A program made the translations under genes and the position numbers. From sequence record PV472050.1: DNA of 64,000 nucleotides; one strand, 5' to 3'. Below, in pieces: positions 36,430 to 42,177 of the stretch. The notes below the pieces were generated by a model. It was not told the DNA's origin. It made no database searches and saw only the letters and a program-made list of their open reading frames with translations. Each line of letters opens with the position of its first letter. Within the stretch, counting starts at the first letter, position 1.

Positions 36430-37872
36430 TTAAGGGGTAAAAACAAGATGGGTATTCAATTGACCCACCCGCACCGTGGTCGTTTGAGCGACCCCTTTCT
36501 TCAACACAATCACGACCCGGAGTTTCAAGGTCTTAGGCGCGCCGGCCAATTCAAGAATTTGGGTATCGAAGATCCCCGAGAGATCCCCTTGACGAAGAGG
36601 GTGGTTCAGTTCAGTGTTCTGACCCGAGCGCACAGTTTGGACTTGATCGTTCTGGTAGGTTACTTCCAGTTCCAACCCTACTTGCAAGACTGCTTCCGCA
36701 TCGGTTTGAATCGCCCAACGACCCTGAGCTACCAGTTTCATCCCTACGGTCAGGTTTGTAATAGGGAGATCCTGTTCCATTCCCAAGGTCGGTTGATTAC
36801 CGGTAGGCGTGCCCGTAAAGGACATCACCTGGTATTCACCCCCTGAAGGGTTGGCTTCCTTGGTAATAGCGACGGTCAAACCGGTCAGTTGATTACCCCC
36901 AATACCGGTATTCGAGGCGATCTCAACCGTGGTAATGGTAGCACCTCCCGAATTTCCAGCACTACCATCATTACCAGTCAGCAAAGGGTTAGGGTTAATG
37001 CTCCCGAAGAAGTGAGCGGTCTCCGGCGGTGTCGTGCTGAACGGAATGTAACTGGTCGGTAAGGTAATGGTATTCTTGAACAGCTTGCTCACCGCAGCGG
37101 CAACATGGTTACCGATGATCTCGGCTCCTTTGGGACTTGGGTGTACACCGTCCCCCAGCATGCCTGCCAGCGGCTTATTGACATTACCCGGCTCTACCAT
37201 GTCATCCCAGGGGTTAACCACCACAATGCCCCGTTTAGGCAGCTCAGAGAGCATCCACTGGTGCACTTGGTAATGAATAGCCAATTGTTCATCACTGAGC
37301 CCAATAGCGGCTTGTTCTACCGGGGTTTCAGCGATCACAATGACCGTCTTACCATTGCCCAGCAATGTGGCGTAAATCTCGGAGAGGTTATTAATCGTTT
37401 CATTGAACGTCTGGTTGTGCAGACGGTCGTTCCCCGAACCCAAATGGATAATGACATCGAACTTATCCAGGGAAGCCAGGAGTTGAGGAAGACGTTGGGC
37501 TTGTTGGGAGGTAGTATTCCCATCGACACCGGCGTTCATGGCATCCGGGAAGGCTACGACCCCCTCGGTCTTCGCACTGGTCCAGAAGGCCAGACCAACG
37601 TTACCTTTCACACACTGGTAAGCCCTGCTGTCACCGTACACCACGATATTGCGGTTAAACGGCAACCGGTCATTACTTACCGCATTGACTTTGGTGGTCA
37701 GGGTATTCACTTCTTCTTTCAAATAACGGGTACGAGCGTCCAGCACGCGCGCTTGCTTGTTCGCATTGCCGGTGCCTTCTTCGGTGGCTTCAACCTTGTC
37801 ATCCGGCATCAGAGCCAGCAAAGGTTCAACCCATCCCGGTTGTTCATTAATCACTACGGGATTGTCAGCCAT
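36430..37872 (-). CDS. Tail fibre/spike with an SGNH (GDSL) esterase domain
   Basis: Same anchor as above (ANKQARVLDARTRYLK); blocks VYGDS, NAGVDG, GSGND and DGVHP; C-terminal beta-sandwich-like region. Confidence 0.88.
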   Translation of the reverse strand: MADNPVVINEQPGWVEPLLALMPDDKVEATEEGTGNANKQARVLDARTRYLKEEVNTLTTKVNAVSNDRLPFNRNIVVYGDSRAYQCVKGNVGLAFWTSAKTEGVVAFPDAMNAGVDGNTTSQQAQRLPQLLASLDKFDVIIHLGSGNDRLHNQTFNETINNLSEIYATLLGNGKTVIVIAETPVEQAAIGLSDEQLAIHYQVHQWMLSELPKRGIVVVNPWDDMVEPGNVNKPLAGMLGDGVHPSPKGAEIIGNHVAAAVSKLFKNTITLPTSYIPFSTTPPETAHFFGSINPNPLLTGNDGSAGNSGGATITTVEIASNTGIGGNQLTGLTVAITKEANPSGGEYQVMSFTGTPTGNQPTLGMEQDLPITNLTVGMKLVAQGRWAIQTDAEAVLQVGLELEVTYQNDQVQTVRSGQNTELNHPLRQGDLSGIFDTQILELAGAPKTLKLRVVIVLKKGVAQTTTVRVGQLNTHLVFTP

Positions 37873-37887
37873 GGGAATAAGTCCTGT

Positions 37888-38481
37888 TTAATACGTGAGG
37901 GTGCCGTCGTAACGGAATTGTCCGTTAAAACGAGGAATGGCGTCGTAATGGCTTTCTACGACAGCCAGGGTACCGGTAACGGTGTTGGAGTCAATGGTAG
38001 CCTGAGTGAACTCCCCGTCGAGGGTAATTTCATCATCCGTCAAGTCGTAGTAGCATTTGGCTTTGATCAGGGTTTTAATGTGTTCAGGGTTACGACTCCC
38101 TTTGAACACCAATACCGCTCCTTCAATGATATCCTCGTCTCGTTTGACTTGGTAAATACCTTCCACTCCCTGGGTTTGTAAAACGTCCCAATCAACCGGA
38201 TCGGGGGTTTCCAGCACGGAGACCTTATTCTTCACATAATCCGCTGGGAGGTACCGTTGGTTCTTACCGGTCAGTTTACCTTCGGAATCGATGTTGACCA
38301 CCCGAGCGAATTCACCACCTTCTACCTCTACTTTCCTGAGGTCAGAGAGGGTAGTGTTGTCCAGGGTGAGTTGTTCTAATACACTAACAATGTTCGGTTC
38401 ATCGGAATAACGTTCTTTATTAAAAGCGATGAACCGTTCCAGAAACAGTAGATCGTTTGGAAAGACCATGGGCGTGTCCAC
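37888..38481 (-). CDS. Probable virion protein, paralog of 25571-26200, with a C-terminal FNGQFRYDG motif
   Basis: Shares the FNKxRY and LTL..T.SD motifs with 25571-26200. Start is GTG 38481 or ATG 38469. Confidence 0.75.
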   Translation of the reverse strand: MDTPMVFPNDLLFLERFIAFNKERYSDEPNIVSVLEQLTLDNTTLSDLRKVEVEGGEFARVVNIDSEGKLTGKNQRYLPADYVKNKVSVLETPDPVDWDVLQTQGVEGIYQVKRDEDIIEGAVLVFKGSRNPEHIKTLIKAKCYYDLTDDEITLDGEFTQATIDSNTVTGTLAVVESHYDAIPRFNGQFRYDGTLTY

Positions 38482-38587
38482 AGAAGTAGATAGAGGGTTC
38501 GGTCATTAGACCATAAAATTGGTAAATAAAATAGTACCCAAACCCATATTCTTCACTTACCTGGTTATTTAACTTGAGGTTCTTTTC

Positions 38588-38607
38588 AAACCTACATAAT
38601 CAGGGTG
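38588..38607 (+). promoter_or_regulatory. Phage promoter motif, copy 7
   Basis: aaacctacataatcagggtg. Confidence 0.8.
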
Positions 38608-38649
38608 AAGCACAGACAGAGACCGTTTAACGGTCAAGGAGCCTTGTCA

Positions 38650-38826
38650 ATGAATACCCATCAGGCCAAACAGGGGTTAGCCCAGCGTGTTGAAACCCTG
38701 CGTCAAAAAGCTCGTCGTTATGCCCGTCAGGCGATGTGTTCCCTAGAACCGTCTTACCGGCAACATTACCGTCAACTGAGCTACGAAGCCAGCCGTATGG
38801 CAGATCGCCTTCAACGTCAACTGTGA
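38650..38826 (+). CDS. Small basic helical protein (58 aa)
   Basis: RBS aaggag, ATG 38650. Confidence 0.7.
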   Translation: MNTHQAKQGLAQRVETLRQKARRYARQAMCSLEPSYRQHYRQLSYEASRMADRLQRQL

Positions 38827-38864
38827 TTGGTGTTTACCCCCCTTCCCCCACACACAGGTGTGAG

Positions 38865-39095
38865 ATGAGCAACGTTATCGATATGTTCAGCTGGCGGGAC
38901 TCGAAGAATAAGCGTTCGAGTCAGTTCTCAGTGCTTCATCGTGAAATCGAAGCACTGTACGTCATTCAGAACCGCGCGCTTCAGGAGATCGCCTCAGCGG
39001 ATACGGTCTTGGCGTATGAACAAGCTAAACTCTTCCTGATGGATGTCAGGATTGAAATCTACACCAAGACCATTGCGTTGAGTCAGTGTATCTAA
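38865..39095 (+). CDS. Small hypothetical protein (76 aa, MSNVIDMFSWR...)
   Basis: RBS aggtg, ATG 38865. Confidence 0.7.
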   Translation: MSNVIDMFSWRDSKNKRSSQFSVLHREIEALYVIQNRALQEIASADTVLAYEQAKLFLMDVRIEIYTKTIALSQCI

Positions 39096-39101
39096 GGACA
39101 T

Positions 39102-39140
39102 TTAACGTCCAGTGGTAATCAAGTCTATATTACTTGGGTG
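39102..39140 (+). promoter_or_regulatory. Extended phage promoter, copy 8
   Basis: ttaacgtccagtggtaatcaagtctatattacttgggtg; the first 32 nt match 40391-40422 at 29 of 32 positions. Confidence 0.8.
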
Positions 39141-39181
39141 ATTAGGTACACAACATTCATTCCTTTTTAGAGGTGTACACC

Positions 39182-39661
39182 ATGGCTAAACAGTCGAACT
39201 TCACCATCGCCAACTACAACGCCGTCCTGGAAGCTGTTAAAGCCAACAACGGTTACGTGATCGACACCCACGGTGGTAGCCGTGGACCTTATCGTGCTGC
39301 TGGTATCGCCGCACTGGTGAAGGGCGAAAGGGTTACCCCGGTGCTGCTGTGCCATGGTTCCTACTTCTGCCTGAACTCGCTGCACAAGGAAGCCGATGGT
39401 TCGGTGACCCTCTCCAGCTGGTCGGTCGGTGGTACCATCTTCACCCACCAACACGGTGGGCTGGAAGAAGCGATCCAAGCCTACAACAAGGAGCAATCCG
39501 AGTGGGCGTTGTCGGGTGGTCAACTGATGCATGTACGCATCTTCGACTACACCGACGAAACCGCACCTGTGTTCGGCGAGCCAGTTGATCTGGCAGGCGA
39601 AGTCGTGGGTGCGCTGGCAGCACAAGAGCCGATCGCCAAGGTCGACATCCCTGCTCAATAA
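39182..39661 (+). CDS. Hypothetical protein
   Basis: RBS gaggtg, ATG 39182; host-like codons. Confidence 0.8.
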   Translation: MAKQSNFTIANYNAVLEAVKANNGYVIDTHGGSRGPYRAAGIAALVKGERVTPVLLCHGSYFCLNSLHKEADGSVTLSSWSVGGTIFTHQHGGLEEAIQAYNKEQSEWALSGGQLMHVRIFDYTDETAPVFGEPVDLAGEVVGALAAQEPIAKVDIPAQ

Positions 39662-39706
39662 CGAGCAGTTTTCTGTACGTAATCTGACTTCATTAGGAGC
39701 AATGCC

Positions 39707-40114
39707 ATGAGTAATGTAATGCACGTTAGCACCATCGCCGGTCGTACCGCCCTGACGGTGATCACACCCGACGACCTGCCGGTTACCAACTGGATGGAAA
39801 ATGTGCTTGCTGCACAGATCCAGAAAGTGGTTGACGAAGGTAAGGGTTGGCCCAACGACGCCGAGTTCAAGGTGGAGGTTACCTACCACACTTGGCCACA
39901 GGGTTGGGACCGGGAAGTGTACACGCACTTCTTTACCAACCGCGCCGAGCTGGACTCCTACATCAAGGACCAGCACGAGTGGGCCCGTTGTGAGGACAAC
40001 ATGGTGAAGATCAAGATCTACAACTGGGACCTCGGTCCGAACTTCATGGAAACTCGTGAGTTCGGTGGTCCTGAGTTGTGGAACAGCCCTCTGAGCCGTC
40101 CTTACTTGACGTAA
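39707..40114 (+). CDS. Hypothetical protein
   Basis: RBS aggag; host-like codons. Confidence 0.8.
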   Translation: MSNVMHVSTIAGRTALTVITPDDLPVTNWMENVLAAQIQKVVDEGKGWPNDAEFKVEVTYHTWPQGWDREVYTHFFTNRAELDSYIKDQHEWARCEDNMVKIKIYNWDLGPNFMETREFGGPELWNSPLSRPYLT

Positions 40115-40122
40115 GGCTAGCG

Positions 40123-40166
40123 CTACCTCCCTGCCACTGGCAGGGAGGTAGTACTCCTTTTATTTT
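40123..40166 (+). terminator. Intrinsic terminator
   Basis: ctacctccctgcc-act-ggcagggaggtag followed by a T-rich tract. Confidence 0.75.
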
Positions 40167-40214
40167 TTGCTTCATTTCCATTTTTATAGTTCACTCAACA
40201 CAACGAGCAAAGTA

Positions 40215-40355
40215 ATGCCTGACACTAACAACGGTCCTGTGGAAATAAAGATGGAACGTGTGCAGTTCAAAAGAATAAAAGTAAGGGGTCTTCGTAAATT
40301 CTGGTTACTCATCAAACGCTTACTGAGTAAGGACACCGATTATAAGAACACTTGA
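40215..40355 (+). CDS. Small basic hypothetical protein (46 aa)
   Basis: ATG 40215 in frame with the track ORF; weak RBS. Confidence 0.4.
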   Translation: MPDTNNGPVEIKMERVQFKRIKVRGLRKFWLLIKRLLSKDTDYKNT

Positions 40356-40390
40356 CGAACGCATGGCTAAGTCAATGGAACTAAGGGTAA

Positions 40391-40429
40391 TTAACTTCCA
40401 GTTGTAATCAGGTCTATATTACCTTTGTG
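40391..40429 (+). promoter_or_regulatory. Extended phage promoter, copy 9
   Basis: ttaacttccagttgtaatcaggtctatattacctttgtg. Confidence 0.8.
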
Positions 40430-40490
40430 TATATTAAGGCGTGGTTGCCTTCCTATTTTTAAGACTGAATAAACACAAAGGATGTTATCT

Positions 40491-40838
40491 ATGAGTCGAG
40501 TCAAGAAGGTGATGAAAGGTGTTCTGAAAGGTAACAGTCGAACGGCCGATAAGTTTGTATTACGGTTGCCAGTTGGGCTACGTGATAAGGTTGGCGAACA
40601 GGCAACGGCGAATGGGCGGAGTATGAATGCTGAATTCATCATGCTCATACAGGCTGCGATAGGCAGTGGGAACACAGGTGGAACCCAAATAAGGACTATT
40701 CCATCGGTAGGTGGGCCTGTTCGGGTTGAAGGACTTCCAGGCGTGGTAACTGAATTGATACCGACACCGACTGGATTTAAGATCCGGGCAAAAACCTGTG
40801 AGGGAGAGGATATTTATTCGTTATGGGAGATTGTTTGA
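40491..40838 (+). CDS. Arc/AmrZ-family ribbon-helix-helix DNA-binding protein with a distinct C-terminal beta domain
   Basis: [34 protein letters not shown] versus P. aeruginosa AmrZ [34 protein letters not shown] (recalled). Confidence 0.88.
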   Translation: [115 protein letters not shown]

Positions 40839-40839
40839 T

Positions 40840-41040
40840 ATGACTCGTTTCGAGAATTCGGATAAGGAAAAGAAACCCAATGTTCCTTTGCAAAACAAGA
40901 TCGGGTTTGCGGGGATAGGACCCGACGATGAACCCATGCTGTGGACACTCACCCTCCCCGGTGAAAACTCGGTAGGTTACGCAGAACCTTTTCGGCCCGA
41001 GAAAGAAGACCTGATCCCTCAACCGGTCTTCTTCGATTAA
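40840..41040 (+). CDS. Small hypothetical protein (66 aa)
   Basis: ATG 40840 after ggaga, coupled to the upstream stop codon. Confidence 0.65.
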   Translation: MTRFENSDKEKKPNVPLQNKIGFAGIGPDDEPMLWTLTLPGENSVGYAEPFRPEKEDLIPQPVFFD

Positions 41041-41051
41041 AAGCGTCATAT

Positions 41052-41085
41052 ACCCTTACCCAGCCGAAAAGGGCTGGGTAAGGGT
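41052..41085. terminator. Bidirectional hairpin
   Basis: acccttacccagcc-gaaaag-ggctgggtaagggt. Confidence 0.75.
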
Positions 41086-41104
41086 TAATCTCTTTATTTT
41101 TTGT

Positions 41105-42160
41105 TTACTTCACTTTGGTAACACACGACGATCTGACCAGTTCGGTGATACCGATCATCGTAGCTGCCACCGCCTCGGTGATCTTATCCACCTCGACCAC
41201 CCCACTCAGCAGTCCTTTCAGCTCATCGAGTTGCTTATTGAGGGCTTCCTTATCGGTGTCGTTACTGTAGTGGTTGATTTGACCTTCCACCTTGGCAATC
41301 TTGCTCTCCAGTACTCGGCGGGTCTCAAAGATGCTCATCCAACTGTTGGACATTGCTTCTTCACAACGACCGATTTTTCGGACAAATTCCTTAGCGGAAT
41401 TGAGGTCTTTGATCGTTGTCACTTTAGGCAAGCCGATAAGTCCATTCACGTATTGCTGGATACCAATAACCATGCCATCCGCTACGCCAGAATCCTCACC
41501 TTCATCTGCCAGTTTCTGGTACTTCGCTTTACGCTCATTCAAACGAGCCACCGCGGCTTCCAGTTTGGTGACCTGGTTGCGCATTAGACTGCTGTAAATG
41601 ATTCTGGACTCAAAGACTTCCTCGATCACCTTCTTGGCCTGTTCGGGTTGGTGTTCCACCGGAAGGGCTTTAATGTCGTCAAGTTTCTTAACCACGGTCT
41701 CCTTGGCGCTTTGGTCCTCGATCTTGTTGGCGATCTGAGTGGCTTCTTGGAGAACAGGCCCCACGTTGGTCGTTGTCACCTTAGGACTCGCTACGGCGTC
41801 TATCGCCTTTTCAGCGGCCTTAGCGGATTCATCTACCTTATCCAGTTTGTCCTTCACCTTCTTCTTGAAGAACCCACCGAAGATCGACTTGAACAGGTTC
41901 TTGATGTATTCCCAGGCTTTCTTAATCCCTTCGCCAATCGACGACAGGAACCCCTCATTCCCCGCCACTTCATTACGGGTCAGGTAACCCGCGGTATGGA
42001 GAACGGACTGAAGGTAACGCTGATTCGCGGTCAGGTCCATTCCTTCAGTTCCCATGACCGTATCCGAGAGACCATCGAGCACTTGCTCAATGTGTTCCAT
42101 TTCTGGAACACCGTCCATCAGTTCGTCTTCGTATTCAACCGTATTGGCTTGCTGATTCAT
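41105..42160 (-). CDS. phiKZ-like internal head protein
   Basis: Acidic propeptide with G-x-E sites (MGTEG, AGNEG), followed by the FLSSIGEGIKKAWEYIKNLFKSI amphipathic motif. Confidence 0.8.
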   Translation of the reverse strand: MNQQANTVEYEDELMDGVPEMEHIEQVLDGLSDTVMGTEGMDLTANQRYLQSVLHTAGYLTRNEVAGNEGFLSSIGEGIKKAWEYIKNLFKSIFGGFFKKKVKDKLDKVDESAKAAEKAIDAVASPKVTTTNVGPVLQEATQIANKIEDQSAKETVVKKLDDIKALPVEHQPEQAKKVIEEVFESRIIYSSLMRNQVTKLEAAVARLNERKAKYQKLADEGEDSGVADGMVIGIQQYVNGLIGLPKVTTIKDLNSAKEFVRKIGRCEEAMSNSWMSIFETRRVLESKIAKVEGQINHYSNDTDKEALNKQLDELKGLLSGVVEVDKITEAVAATMIGITELVRSSCVTKVK

Positions 42161-42177
42161 TATCTGTTCCTTAAGGG

